Sequence record: DRR723986_1409
Direction: 5' to 3' (one strand)
Length of the DNA stretch: 34,661 bases
Shown: positions 25,001-34,598 of the stretch, one piece after another
Numbering within the stretch: position 1 is the stretch's first letter
How the letters are laid out: each line of letters opens with the position of its first letter
Made by a program: the position numbers and the translations under genes
The notes under the pieces: generated by a model
What the model saw: only the letters and a program-made list of their open reading frames with translations
Told to the model about the DNA's origin: nothing
Database searches by the model: none

Positions 25001-27393
25001 GTCACTCTCCAGAAATCGGGGCGGTCACGGTAGTCGGGGCCGACGAGGGCCTCGCCCTTCTCCATGCCGCCAAGGATGGTCACGAGGGGGCCAAGGGCGC
25101 TGAGATCGGCGTCGATCACCACCGAACCCCGGTCATCGCGCACGAGCGCAAGCCGCGAGGCCGACCCGACGCCCAGAAGCACGTCCAGCTCTTTCTCGCT
25201 GAGGCCGAGCATTGCGTAATCCGCAGCCGAGGCGCGGATGTTGGGCAGAAGCACCTGCGTCGGCACGGCTTCCACGATGGTCTTGCCAGTGCGTGTGCGT
25301 TCGAGCTGGCTGGCATACTGGGTCATCATCACGATGACCGCGTTTTGCTTGCGCGCGGTCACCAGCCAGTTCGAGAGCCGCTCCGCGAAATACGCGTTGT
25401 CGAGCGCCTTCCAGGCCTCATCGATGACGATGATCGTGGGCTTGCGGTCTTCGATCACGCGTTCGACCCGGCGGAAGAGGTAGGAGAGGACCGCCATGCG
25501 TTCCCGCTCGCTCTCGGAATCGAGGATGCCGGTCAGATCAAAGCCCGCGACGTCAGCGTCGGTGCTGCCCCCGATTTGGAATGTGTCGTCTGTGTTCGCC
25601 CCAAAGATCCAGCCGTAGCGGCCCTCAGCCGTCCATTCCTGCATCCGCTCAAACAGATCGCCATCGTCATCGGTCGAGACGAGGAGCGAGGCGAAGTCCG
25701 ACCAGTTCCTGAGGTCGGCGTTCCCGGCACTGGCGTTCTGGCGCACCACCTCCTGCAGGCGGTTGGTCTGCACCGGGGTCAGCGGTCGATCGCGCCGCTC
25801 GAGGAGGCTCGCGAGCCAGTCGGCAAGCCATGCCTGGCCACGCATGTCGATCTCGGTCTGCAGGGGATTTAGCCCCGTGGGCCGTCCGGCCCGCACGGTC
25901 GAATAACTGCCGCCAAGCGCGCGGACGGCCATTTCCATACCGGCGCGATAGTCGAAGACGAAGAGCCGCGCGCCTGTCCGCCGCGCCATCGTCATCAGGA
26001 AAGCAGCCAACACCGATTTGCCCGAACCGGGGCGCCCCAAGATCAGCGTATGGCCACCTGTGGGCTCGCGGTCCGGCGCGCCCTGTTCGTGGAAGTTGAA
26101 GCGGAACCCGCTGCGCTCGGGCGTCGGAAAAAGCGTGATCGGCACGCCCCAGGGCACTTGCGCGGCCGTCTTGCCGAGCGGCGTGCGGTGAAAGGTGGCG
26201 AGATCGGCGAAGTTGTGGTTGGTGATCGCAGCCTTGCGGCTGCGCGCGCCAGTGTTCCCCGGATGCTGCGCCATGAAATGCGCCCGCGCGCCGAAGGCTT
26301 CCGAGATCAGGTTGATGCCGGAAGTGGCGGAGATGTTGCGGATCTCTGCCGCGATGTCGTCAAGCGCCGTTTGGCTGCGCGCATAGACGGCCACCGTCAT
26401 GTGGTGCTCGCCGAAGATCAGGCGTTTGGATTCCAGATCGTCCTGCGCGAGTTCCAGTTCCTGGGCGAGACTGACGGCCCCGTCATTGGCGGCTTGCATC
26501 AGGCGCAGCTGCCGCTTGATCCGGCCCGCCATGATGTTGGCGTTGATCGGTACGAACGAGTGGGTGACGACCATATCGACGGGCAGGTTCAGCTCGTCGA
26601 GCATCAGGCCGTCGGTCTTGGCCGGGTAATTCTTCACCGCGAAGATCGCGCCGAGCTTGTCGCCGACGGCACCGTCGGAGAGCGCGATGGTCGTGCCGCG
26701 GAATGTGACGCGGGTATTGGCCAGGTCCTCGGCGATCACGCCCAAGCGTGACCTCGGGAAGAGCGGATGCTCTTCGCCAGTGTTCAGTGACCCTAGGAAG
26801 CCCAGAAGCTCGCCGGTGCTGGCCGCAAGCAGCCGGGGTTTCAGCTCATCGAAAGACGACAGCAGAAATCCCACCACCTCGTCGAGTTTGCGCAAGCGCC
26901 GAGTGGTGTCGGCTGCATGCCGGGCGCGGGACGCGCCAAGACCGAACGGTAAGCGGCTGCCCGCCTCGGGACGTTTCAGCACCGTGAGGGTCAGCGATTT
27001 GTCGCGCAGACCCGAGCGTCCAAGATGGGTGCGCCAGCGCTGATCGACGGCGGCCGCGAACCCCTCGCCCGGGATGGGCGGCAGCGTCACATCGACTGCT
27101 TTCGACACCTTGTGCAGGTAGAAGGAGAACTCGGTCCCCACCTGCGCGACGATGCCTGCCAGGAGCCCGCCGATCCGGTCGAGATGCCCATCCTCGCTCG
27201 TGGTGCTGTTCACGCCCTCAAGCCGGATGCATTGCATCAGCTCGTTGCCGCGCGTTCGGATCGTCCGGTCGGTGGCAAGGCTGACATAGGGCAGCATCGA
27301 CGAGAGCCGTTTCTCGCCCTTGACCCAAGCGGGCAGCGCCGTGAGCGGATCGAGCGCCTCCGCCACGTTATCGGCCAGTTCATCACGGGGCAT
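24997..27393 (-). CDS. virB4: T4SS ATPase VirB4
   Basis: 798 aa with GHTLILGRPGSGKS, IVIDEAW and TARKQN. Confidence 0.95.
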   Translation of the reverse strand: MPRDELADNVAEALDPLTALPAWVKGEKRLSSMLPYVSLATDRTIRTRGNELMQCIRLEGVNSTTSEDGHLDRIGGLLAGIVAQVGTEFSFYLHKVSKAVDVTLPPIPGEGFAAAVDQRWRTHLGRSGLRDKSLTLTVLKRPEAGSRLPFGLGASRARHAADTTRRLRKLDEVVGFLLSSFDELKPRLLAASTGELLGFLGSLNTGEEHPLFPRSRLGVIAEDLANTRVTFRGTTIALSDGAVGDKLGAIFAVKNYPAKTDGLMLDELNLPVDMVVTHSFVPINANIMAGRIKRQLRLMQAANDGAVSLAQELELAQDDLESKRLIFGEHHMTVAVYARSQTALDDIAAEIRNISATSGINLISEAFGARAHFMAQHPGNTGARSRKAAITNHNFADLATFHRTPLGKTAAQVPWGVPITLFPTPERSGFRFNFHEQGAPDREPTGGHTLILGRPGSGKSVLAAFLMTMARRTGARLFVFDYRAGMEMAVRALGGSYSTVRAGRPTGLNPLQTEIDMRGQAWLADWLASLLERRDRPLTPVQTNRLQEVVRQNASAGNADLRNWSDFASLLVSTDDDGDLFERMQEWTAEGRYGWIFGANTDDTFQIGGSTDADVAGFDLTGILDSESERERMAVLSYLFRRVERVIEDRKPTIIVIDEAWKALDNAYFAERLSNWLVTARKQNAVIVMMTQYASQLERTRTGKTIVEAVPTQVLLPNIRASAADYAMLGLSEKELDVLLGVGSASRLALVRDDRGSVVIDADLSALGPLVTILGGMEKGEALVGPDYRDRPDFWRVT

Positions 27394-27661
27394 AGCTGTC
27401 GCCTCCGTGGAGCTTGCGGTTCGTCGTGGGCGGGGTTTCCTGCAAGGTGATCACCAGGACATCGAGGAAGTTCGGATCCCAGTCCGCAGCCTTCCAGAGC
27501 GCCGGCCAGGCCAGCCCCGCGAAGACGGCCACCACCCAGCTCTGCACCCAGAGGAACAGAAGCGTCGAGCCGAAGAGCCAGACCATGGCATACATGATCG
27601 GCAAGCCCATCAGCTTGGGTGGCCTCAGAAGGCCGATGAACACGCGGGACTGGTCGGACAT
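27383..27661 (-). CDS. virB3: T4SS protein VirB3
   Basis: VFIGLLRPPKLMGLP, two TMs and C-terminal SYAP. Confidence 0.9.
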   Translation of the reverse strand: MSDQSRVFIGLLRPPKLMGLPIMYAMVWLFGSTLLFLWVQSWVVAVFAGLAWPALWKAADWDPNFLDVLVITLQETPPTTNRKLHGGDSYAP

Positions 27662-27670
27662 GGTTGCTTC

Positions 27671-27985
27671 TCAGGTCGTCCAGATGGCAGCAACGATCGT
27701 GGGTGCCGCGGCGATGCCCGCGATTGCAACCACCACCCAAAGCGCCTGGCGAAAGTCGAGGATGCCAAAGAGCCAGGACAGAAACACGCCGATCAGCGCA
27801 AGCGTGCCGATCACGATCCCCAAGGGGCCAGTGATCGCATCGACGATGCCCTGAAGCAGGGTCTGCACCGGCGAGAGGTCGATGCTCTGCGCGAGTGCTG
27901 GGCCCGCCAGCACGATAAGGGTCATCGCGCAGAACGCGGCGATCGCCCGCGTGCGGAGCACGATTTGACGTTTCCTCGATGTCAT
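27671..27985 (-). CDS. virB2: Major pilin VirB2/TrbC
   Basis: PALAQ processing site, ITGPLG and two hydrophobic helices. Confidence 0.9.
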   Translation of the reverse strand: MTSRKRQIVLRTRAIAAFCAMTLIVLAGPALAQSIDLSPVQTLLQGIVDAITGPLGIVIGTLALIGVFLSWLFGILDFRQALWVVVAIAGIAAAPTIVAAIWTT

Positions 27986-28665
27986 GAAAGATCTCCTCTG
28001 AGCCGCTCAAACACGGCGGTCACACGGGCCACATGCCCTTGGGTTTCGCGAAAAGGGGGGATGCCGCCGTGGCGTGTGACCGCCTCCGGACCAGCGTTGT
28101 AAGCCGCAAGGGCCAGGGAGCCGTCGCCGAACTGGTCGAGCATCATCAGCAGGTAGCGGGCTGATCCGTCGAGGTTCTGCGCGACGTCATGTGGGTCCAC
28201 GCCGAGATCGCGGGCGGTATCCGGCATAAGCTGCCCAAGTCCTATGGCACCGACAGGGCTACGTGCAGCGGGATTGTACGCGCTCTCGACTTCGATGTTG
28301 GCCCGGTAGAGGAGCGCCCAATCCGTGACGGAAAGCCCCGCGCGACGCAGCGCACCATGCCCGGCATAACGCAGAGCCGTGGTCTCGATGGCATTCAGGA
28401 TTTCTGGGGTGGCGCGGACGGCAGATGGGGCCGGGATCGCTGTCTCGATAGTGGCGTCGGGAACGCGGGGTTCTGCGAAGAGAAAAAGGCGCTCGTTTGC
28501 CTCTTGAGGAGAGGAAATCAATTGGCCGTCGGGGCCAACTGAGAAGATGAAACCGTCGGCCAGGGCCGGGGGCGCGGGACAAACGCCTGTACCCAAAGCA
28601 ACGACGAGCGCAGTCGCGCGGTCAGCTGCCGTTGACCGGAGGCGCGGCGTGGCGCTCGCGGCCAC
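27982..28665 (-). CDS. virB1: VirB1-like lytic transglycosylase (start approximate, GTG 28665)
   Basis: VESAYNP…GAIGLGQLMPDTA…ALAAYNAG…ETQGHV, directly upstream of virB2. Confidence 0.85.
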   Translation of the reverse strand: MAASATPRLRSTAADRATALVVALGTGVCPAPPALADGFIFSVGPDGQLISSPQEANERLFLFAEPRVPDATIETAIPAPSAVRATPEILNAIETTALRYAGHGALRRAGLSVTDWALLYRANIEVESAYNPAARSPVGAIGLGQLMPDTARDLGVDPHDVAQNLDGSARYLLMMLDQFGDGSLALAAYNAGPEAVTRHGGIPPFRETQGHVARVTAVFERLRGDLS

Positions 28666-28948
28666 CTTCTTCAAGTGGGATGCTAGCGGTCGTACAGCCC
28701 ATGTCGGCCAAGAAGCTGACAAGACCAACGATGGTTTTGAAGTCGCGGAGCTTGAGGACGCTTCGGCTGGTGACGAGCATTTTATCGTCACGCCCATCAG
28801 TGGCGACGGCGCGGATGACCCACGAGCCGTACCAGCTGTTATGGCGCTTCTCCGCTCTCTCCTTGCAGACCACCTCAATGAGGTAGCCCTCAGAGAGCAA
28901 GCCGCGCAGTCCATCTTCGGTGACCACATTCGGTGCTTCTTCTATCAT
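28622..28948 (-). CDS. Hypothetical cytoplasmic protein, first gene of the virB operon
   Basis: GGGGAGG RBS, ATG 28948, 108 aa, overlaps virB1. Confidence 0.75.
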   Translation of the reverse strand: MIEEAPNVVTEDGLRGLLSEGYLIEVVCKERAEKRHNSWYGSWVIRAVATDGRDDKMLVTSRSVLKLRDFKTIVGLVSFLADMGCTTASIPLEEGGRERHAAPPVNGS

Positions 28949-29132
28949 GACCTCCCCTGGGCCCTCCTCATCATGAGTATCGGCCCGCGGGGACATTTCC
29001 ACACGGTCGATACAAGACAACATAATTGACTGCAAGACGATTTATTCGAGTTGACGAACCGTCTTTGGCTGCAATAGGTAGCTACCGCACGAAACCATAA
29101 ATTTGAAGTGGCAAAGGAGTTTTGTCCTGCGC

Positions 29133-29305
29133 ATGTTTTGTGCATTTCGATACGGTGTGCTTAGTCTTGTTGTGCCTCTCGCGTTGATTGGCCAAATCAC
29201 AAACGCCTGCACCCCACCGGAACGGCCCTTCCTGCCTGAGCGGTCGCAAGACATTCGAGAATATGCCGATCTGCTCCGTTCTGATTTCGAGGGCTACATT
29301 GCCGA
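29133..29305 (+). pseudogene. Secreted-protein gene truncated by IS insertion
   Basis: MFCAFRYGVLSLVVPLALIGQITNA|CTPPERPFLPERSQDIREYADLLRSDFEGYIA runs directly into the IS terminal repeat at 29306. Confidence 0.65.
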
Positions 29306-30355
29306 GGCCTTGTTGCACAAATCGGGGCCTGACCGCAGGTCCCCTTTCCCCGGACGGATTTATCCTACGGCCTCAGTGATAGGTATACCAAGCGCGGTGT
29401 AGCCGTTCAGGACAGCGATGCGGACCTGCAGTTCGGCGACTTGGCGATCGAAGTCGAGGGCCATGAGGGATTGGCCGAGTAACTTGATGCAGTTCATCTT
29501 TGCCTCGACACGGCTCCGACGGTGGTATCCGCTCCAACGTCGCCACAACGTCTTGCCCAGATACCGGGACGCACGCACCGCCTCGTTTCGGGCGATGGCG
29601 CCGGTGCTTGTGGGCTTCCAGGGCTTGGCGTTTTTGCGGGGTGGGATGACGGCATGTGCGCCACGTGCGGCAATCGCGTCATGGCATTTGCGCGTGTCGT
29701 AAGCTCCGTCAGCGGTAACCGATCCGACATCCTGATCTGGTGGGATTTGGTCGAGCAGTTCGGGCAACATGGGCGCGTCGCCGATGTTGCTGCCGGTGAT
29801 CTCGACGGCCCGGACCTCCAGCGTTTGCTCATCAATTCCGATGTGTATCTTTCGCCAGATGCGCCGCTTGGGGCCGCCGTGCTTGCGCGCGTTCCACTCG
29901 CCTTCGCCCTCGGCCTTGATGCCGGTGCTGTCGATCAGCAGGTTCAGCGGGCCCGTGCCGCCACGGTAAGGGATGGCCACGTTCAACGTCCGCTGGCGGC
30001 GGCACAAGGTGCTGAAGTCCGGCACCCGCCAGTCCAGCCCGACCAGGCGCAAAAGGCTTTCGACGAACCCGGTTGTCTGTCGCAACGGCATGCCGAACAG
30101 CACCTTCATGGTCAAACAAGTCTGGATCGCAGCGTCGCTGAAACTCGGCTGTCGCCCGCGCTTCCCCGTCGGCGCCGGTCTCCACACCATGTCGGGATCA
30201 AACCAGATCGTCAGCGATCCGCGTTGCAGGAGTGCTTCATTGTAAGCCGACCAGTTCGTGGTCTTGTACTTCGTAGGTGCCCAACTGCTCATGACCTCCA
30301 GCTATCATGCTGGATTCACGCAGTGAATCCCTCACTCGATTTGTGCAACAAGGCC
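29306..30355 (-). mobile_element. IS5-family (IS903-group) insertion sequence, 1050 bp
   Basis: Perfect 19-bp terminal IRs GGCCTTGTTGCACAAATCG (29306-29324) and CGATTTGTGCAACAAGGCC (30337-30355) around a single transposase. Confidence 0.95.
29360..30292 (-). CDS. IS5/IS903-group DDE transposase
   Basis: TNWSAYNEAL…RGSLTIW, IDSTGIK, WRKIHIG, ADGAYDT and GYHRRSRVE motifs. Confidence 0.95.
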   Translation of the reverse strand: MSSWAPTKYKTTNWSAYNEALLQRGSLTIWFDPDMVWRPAPTGKRGRQPSFSDAAIQTCLTMKVLFGMPLRQTTGFVESLLRLVGLDWRVPDFSTLCRRQRTLNVAIPYRGGTGPLNLLIDSTGIKAEGEGEWNARKHGGPKRRIWRKIHIGIDEQTLEVRAVEITGSNIGDAPMLPELLDQIPPDQDVGSVTADGAYDTRKCHDAIAARGAHAVIPPRKNAKPWKPTSTGAIARNEAVRASRYLGKTLWRRWSGYHRRSRVEAKMNCIKLLGQSLMALDFDRQVAELQVRIAVLNGYTALGIPITEAVG

Positions 30356-30657
30356 CCGAGACTCTAGAATTAGGAGGACAAACCGGAATATTGCAGCAAA
30401 TTGGCATGGGATGGTGACAACGGCACGAACCGTCGCTTCTTGACCCTGGTGTGTGGATCGGCACAGCAAAGCTGATGCCTTGGAGCCAATGAGGGAGAAG
30501 CACGCGGAAATCCATCGGGGCTCGCGGCGACAATGTATTGGGCCGCTCAAAGAAGCCGGATATACGTCAGCAATCGTGATCCTGAACCAAGCCTGCCAAG
30601 ACTGTTGCAATAAGGCGGGGTCCATATACATCCACACAAGACATTATACGGATTTAT

Positions 30658-30675
30658 TGTCCGCATAAGCGGACA
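30658..30675. repeat. Palindrome abutting the hipA remnant stop codon
   Basis: TGTCCGC-ATAA-GCGGACA. Confidence 0.6.
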
Positions 30676-30837
30676 CTAAAGCGTCAAAGCTTTCTCCAGA
30701 TCGTCGTGCTCGAAAGCACTTTCCAGATAGTCGATTTCGCGTGCCGGAGCGCCGACCTGATGCGCAACCTCACGCCATGTGGCTGTCGCTCTTGCCACTT
30801 CAGCGACGATCTCCCGGGTGTGTTTGGTGCAGAGGCC
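30676..30837 (-). pseudogene. C-terminal remnant of a HipA-family toxin
   Basis: GL…REIVAEVARATATWREVAHQVGAPAREIDYLESAFEHDDLEKALTL* resembles HipA-like C-termini. No kinase core lies upstream. Confidence 0.65.
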
Positions 30838-30981
30838 GAGTTTGGCATCCCGGCTCATGACATCGTGCTCGATCCTCCGATTATTCCGGTGGGTGCCATG
30901 GCGACAGCGGGTCAACAGGTCTCTACCCCGGTTCTCATACTGCGTGACGAACTGTGCGTGAACACCGTCTGCGGCGCAACA
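30835..30981 (+). pseudogene. Internal remnant of a methyltetrahydrofolate:corrinoid methyltransferase (MetH pterin-binding-type domain)
   Basis: AEFGIPAHDIVLDPPIIPVGAMATAGQQVSTPVLILRDELCVNTVCGAT matches the GI…DI..DP…G.SN pattern of this fold in decayed form. Confidence 0.65.
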
Positions 30982-31267
30982 AAGAACGACACCCCCTTCC
31001 CCGAAGCCACCCAAATGGTCTGTTCTATGGCTGTGTGTGAAAGGCGACGTCGGCGGAGACCGGCATGAGTCAGAAGGGCTTCAGCCGTGGGTGCGCAACT
31101 TAGGCGGAAAGGTGCGCGTCATTCTCGGGACCACCGAGCGCATCCCTTCTTTGAATAGGAAAACACCATAGCACTATTGTCAGGAAGGACAGAAGGCAGC
31201 CAAATCTGCGCTGCATGAAGACAGCGTCCCAACGTCAGTCAAACCGCCTGCCCCCATCTCAATCCCC

Positions 31268-32473
31268 TCAGATCCGTTTTGCCGGCGGCAGGGTCAGAAG
31301 CGCCCTGCCATAGGCCAGGGCGAACCCGCCGAAGGCCGCAATCCAGGCCGTGCCGGCAACGGCATGCAGATGCATGGACATATCGGGCCAGCCCCCCGCA
31401 GCTGTCCGCGCAAGCACGGCAAGCACGAGCGCGGCGTAGATCGCGACCGTCGCTTTGCCCGCGCTTAACGACTGCCCCGTGTGCCCGAGGGTCGCGCGGG
31501 TCATGACCGCCAGCGTCATCAGCCCGATGGCTCCCCCCATCCACAGGTGCTGCGCCGCGGCCATGCCAAGGGTTCCTGGCATCAGCAGTTCCGTGCCAAG
31601 CGCCAGCGCCCCGAGGGGCAGAAAGGCGTAGCCTGCGTGCAGCACCGTCACCAGCGGCTCTGACAAGGTGCGGTGTCCCGCCCATCTTGCGAGGCGCCAC
31701 AGATGAATCCCGCCTGCCAGCAGCTGCACAGCCCCGGTGGTGCGGGCGAGGGGATGCGCCACCCAGAGGAGGAGCGCCGCGAGCAGCACCATAAGGGCCA
31801 GCTTGTCGAAGCGCTGCATCGGCGCAGCCGGAAGCCTGCCCGGCCCGCGTTTGACTAGCCAGTTCCGCGTGAAGGACGGGACGATCCGCCCGCCGATCAC
31901 CGCGATCATCATAAGCCCGGCCCCAAGACCAAGGCGCAAGCCAAAGCCCTGAGCGGCATAAAGGCCCTGCGCGGCTTCCCAGTGGAAAATCCCGTTGCCA
32001 AGGGAGAAGACGGCCAGAATCCCCAGAACGATCAGGTTGCGCCAGTTCTGTCCGGCCACGATCTCTCGCAGGATTGCCGCAGCCAGCGTGACGGGGAAGG
32101 CCAGGTCGATCAGCGCCACGGCGATGGGCCCCAGTCCAGCCGGAAGCAGCATCGCGACACGCCCGGCCAGCCACAGGGCCGCCAATGCGCCAAGCGGCCA
32201 GCCGACAATGGGCAGGCGGCCGGTCCAGTTCGGCACGGCGGTCAGCAGGAACCCCGCAATTACCGCGCCGAGATAGCCGAAGAGGAATTCATGCGCGTGC
32301 CAGCTGACCGGATCGAAGGCCGTGGGCGGGGCGATATGGCCCATCAGCATCGGGATCCAGAGCAGCATGGAAAAGGCCGCCCACAGGGCCGCGCCAAGAA
32401 AGAACGGGCGGAATCCGTAGGTCAGGATGGAGGGACCGGCCCAGGCCCGCATCTGTTCTGTCGTGGTGGTCAT
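31268..32473 (-). CDS. nnrS: NnrS-family membrane protein
   Basis: GFRPFFL, WHAHEFLFG, GFLLTAVPNWTG, IGGRIVPSFTRN, LHAGY and MTRATLGHTG motifs. Confidence 0.93.
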   Translation of the reverse strand: MTTTTEQMRAWAGPSILTYGFRPFFLGAALWAAFSMLLWIPMLMGHIAPPTAFDPVSWHAHEFLFGYLGAVIAGFLLTAVPNWTGRLPIVGWPLGALAALWLAGRVAMLLPAGLGPIAVALIDLAFPVTLAAAILREIVAGQNWRNLIVLGILAVFSLGNGIFHWEAAQGLYAAQGFGLRLGLGAGLMMIAVIGGRIVPSFTRNWLVKRGPGRLPAAPMQRFDKLALMVLLAALLLWVAHPLARTTGAVQLLAGGIHLWRLARWAGHRTLSEPLVTVLHAGYAFLPLGALALGTELLMPGTLGMAAAQHLWMGGAIGLMTLAVMTRATLGHTGQSLSAGKATVAIYAALVLAVLARTAAGGWPDMSMHLHAVAGTAWIAAFGGFALAYGRALLTLPPAKRI

Positions 32474-33663
32474 GATGCCTCGCTTCGTTCTGCTGTCATT
32501 GGATAATCCCCGGAATCGGCGCGGCGGAGGTCGGGCCGTTTCGGCCCGCTGAACACCGGCCTCGGTGCAGGGCGGAACAGCGCCGCGCCGTGCCGCGCCA
32601 GGAAAATGGCCCAGGCCAGGCACCAGAGGGCAGGCGCGGCTGCGTCCCAGTGCGCCCCGGCTGGCGTCACGACACGCCAAGCGGCGGCTGCCCACAAGAG
32701 CCCAAAGCCAGCCGCGTCGGCAGGCGATGTCCGCAACCGGTCGCCGCGCCGCGCGACCGCACGCGCGGCCACCGCGTAGATCGAACAGGCGATGGCACCA
32801 GCCGCAAGCCCGTGCAGGGCGGCGCTTTCCAATAGCAGCGATCCAGGCACCTTGCCAATCGCCAACAGCGCCAGCCCGATGGGCAACCAGGCATATCCCG
32901 TGTGCAGCATGAGCAGCAGACCGTCTGTCAGGATCTCCCAGGACAGCCAAAGGCATACCCGCACCGTCTCGAAGGCGGCGGCCAGCAACAGGCAGGCGGC
33001 AAGCCAGTCAGGCGCAGCCCGCAGGGTTTCGAGACCAAGCGCGGCGAGGATCGTGACCGATCCCAGCAGGCCGAAAACCCCGGCGATCCGAAAGCGCCGT
33101 TTCTGCGCTTCGCTGACAGTCAGAGCGTTCAAGGTAAAGGCCGCAACCATTCGCCCACCCACGACTGACAGAAGGGCTGCGAAGCCAAGAATGGGGACGT
33201 GTGGCGGGCTTGCGCCGGTCAGAACCGCAACCTGAGATCCGGTCATTGCCAGCGAGAACAGCGCCAGGGGTGCTGCTCGCATGGTCCGGGATCGCAGCAC
33301 CGAACGGGCAAGGATCAGCGTCAGGAAGGCCATGAACGACACGCTTGCCGGAGCGGCAAGGCGCAGGTCCGGCCCGAGCGCGCCCGCCGCAGACAGCCGG
33401 GCGAGAACCCACAGGACGACGAGGGCGGCAAGCCCGGCAGAGGACAGGCGCGCCCTGCCCGGCCAGCTTGTCATCGCGGTCAGCGCATAGCCTGCAAACA
33501 AGGCGGCGGCGACGCCGAAGGCCATTTCATGCGCGTGCCACGCCGAAAGCCCGCCCAGAGGCGAGCGTGCCAGATCGAAACCCGTCTCCGGGGCGACCGC
33601 GACGACCGCGACAATCGCCCAGGATCCGCCAGCCAGGAACATCGCGCGGTGCGGGGCCGTCAT
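32470..33663 (-). CDS. nnrS: Divergent NnrS-family paralog
   Basis: PHRAMFL, WHAHEMAFG, GYALTAMTSW, VGGRMVAAFT, LHTGY and ALHG motifs. Confidence 0.8.
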   Translation of the reverse strand: MTAPHRAMFLAGGSWAIVAVVAVAPETGFDLARSPLGGLSAWHAHEMAFGVAAALFAGYALTAMTSWPGRARLSSAGLAALVVLWVLARLSAAGALGPDLRLAAPASVSFMAFLTLILARSVLRSRTMRAAPLALFSLAMTGSQVAVLTGASPPHVPILGFAALLSVVGGRMVAAFTLNALTVSEAQKRRFRIAGVFGLLGSVTILAALGLETLRAAPDWLAACLLLAAAFETVRVCLWLSWEILTDGLLLMLHTGYAWLPIGLALLAIGKVPGSLLLESAALHGLAAGAIACSIYAVAARAVARRGDRLRTSPADAAGFGLLWAAAAWRVVTPAGAHWDAAAPALWCLAWAIFLARHGAALFRPAPRPVFSGPKRPDLRRADSGDYPMTAERSEAS

Positions 33664-33680
33664 CGCCGTTCCTTTCAGCG

Positions 33681-34598
33681 CTACACCGCCGTCGCCGCGG
33701 CGATCCGGCGATAGCCCGCGGCACCGTGATAGAACCCGTTGCTCAGGCCCACCTGTCCAACCAGTCCAGCAAGGCGCGCATCGGCGTCATCGGCAGAGGC
33801 CTTGCCGTCCAACCTATCGCGGAACACCCGTGCAACGGCGACCATGTCCGCCGCCTGCGGCATCAGCCGCAGATGGGTGACACCATCGGCCACCAGCCGT
33901 GCGGTTTCCGGCAGCAGGTCGACATAGCTTTCCGACTGGGTCTGGATGCCGTTGACCCGCAGGATCGGCCGGTCGTCGCGGGTGCGAAGCGGCATCCCGT
34001 CGGGATCCGCTTCACAGACGAACTGGCAATTGTCCTTCGTGCGGCCATGGGCGCGGGCGTGGTAGCAGCGCGCCGACACGGCAAGCGAGGCCCGCCCGAA
34101 CACCTGCACCTCGACGCCGAGCCCCAGGTCGCGGGCCGCCCGCGCGGCCACGGCAATCGCGGGGGCGGGCATTTCGGCGGGCAGGCAGATATGGGTCGCG
34201 CTCTGCCCGGCCATCCAGGCGATGGTGGCCTCGTTATAGGCATTCATGAACGGCCCGATCCGATGCGGTCGCTGGCCGCGTGCGAACAGCCCGGCTGCGT
34301 TGTTGATCTCGATCTCGGGCGTTTCCATCGCGGCGAGGTCTTCCGTCGCCTTCCGCTCACGCTTGAGCATCACTTCCGCCAGCGAAGACAGGATCACCTT
34401 CTTGCCCGCACGCTCCAGGCGGTCGATGATCTCGGGCAGATCCGCCTCCTGGAAGGGCGCTCGCTTGGAGCAGATCACCTCGCCCAGGTAGACCTCGTCC
34501 ACGGGCGCCTCGTCGGCGATGCGCGCATAGAAGTCGCGCCGCCGTTCGGCGGACCAGTGATAGGCTATGGGCCCGAGCGTCAGTCTGGTCATGTCCAT
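33681..34598 (-). CDS. ubiV: U32-family O2-independent ubiquinone biosynthesis protein UbiV
   Basis: LTLGPIAYHW, YLGEVICSKR, SARCYHARAH…DNCQFVC and NGIQTQS. ATG overlaps the ubiU stop. Confidence 0.9.
   Translation of the reverse strand: MDMTRLTLGPIAYHWSAERRRDFYARIADEAPVDEVYLGEVICSKRAPFQEADLPEIIDRLERAGKKVILSSLAEVMLKRERKATEDLAAMETPEIEINNAAGLFARGQRPHRIGPFMNAYNEATIAWMAGQSATHICLPAEMPAPAIAVAARAARDLGLGVEVQVFGRASLAVSARCYHARAHGRTKDNCQFVCEADPDGMPLRTRDDRPILRVNGIQTQSESYVDLLPETARLVADGVTHLRLMPQAADMVAVARVFRDRLDGKASADDADARLAGLVGQVGLSNGFYHGAAGYRRIAAATAV

Larger units (their letters stand above)
3246..28948. mobile_element. Conjugative transfer region (relaxosome, T4CP and VirB T4SS) of a plasmid/ICE with embedded cargo
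   Basis: virC1/C2, mobC, relaxase, virD4 and virB1-B11 all appear intact. Confidence 0.9.

Noticed and set aside
3246-28948. Interkingdom T-DNA transfer system
   Set aside because: No virA/virG, virE2, paired 25-bp borders, eukaryote-like genes or NLS-like relaxase tail are visible in the window. Bacterial conjugation is the simpler reading.
30641-30686. Additional dif site near TGTCCGCATAA / AATCCGTATAA
   Set aside because: XerC-like arms have no XerD-like arm at 6-bp spacing.
32474-32956. N-terminal extension making NnrS 562 aa
   Set aside because: It overlaps the upstream nnrS paralog in another frame. The true start is ATG 32473, coupled to the upstream stop.
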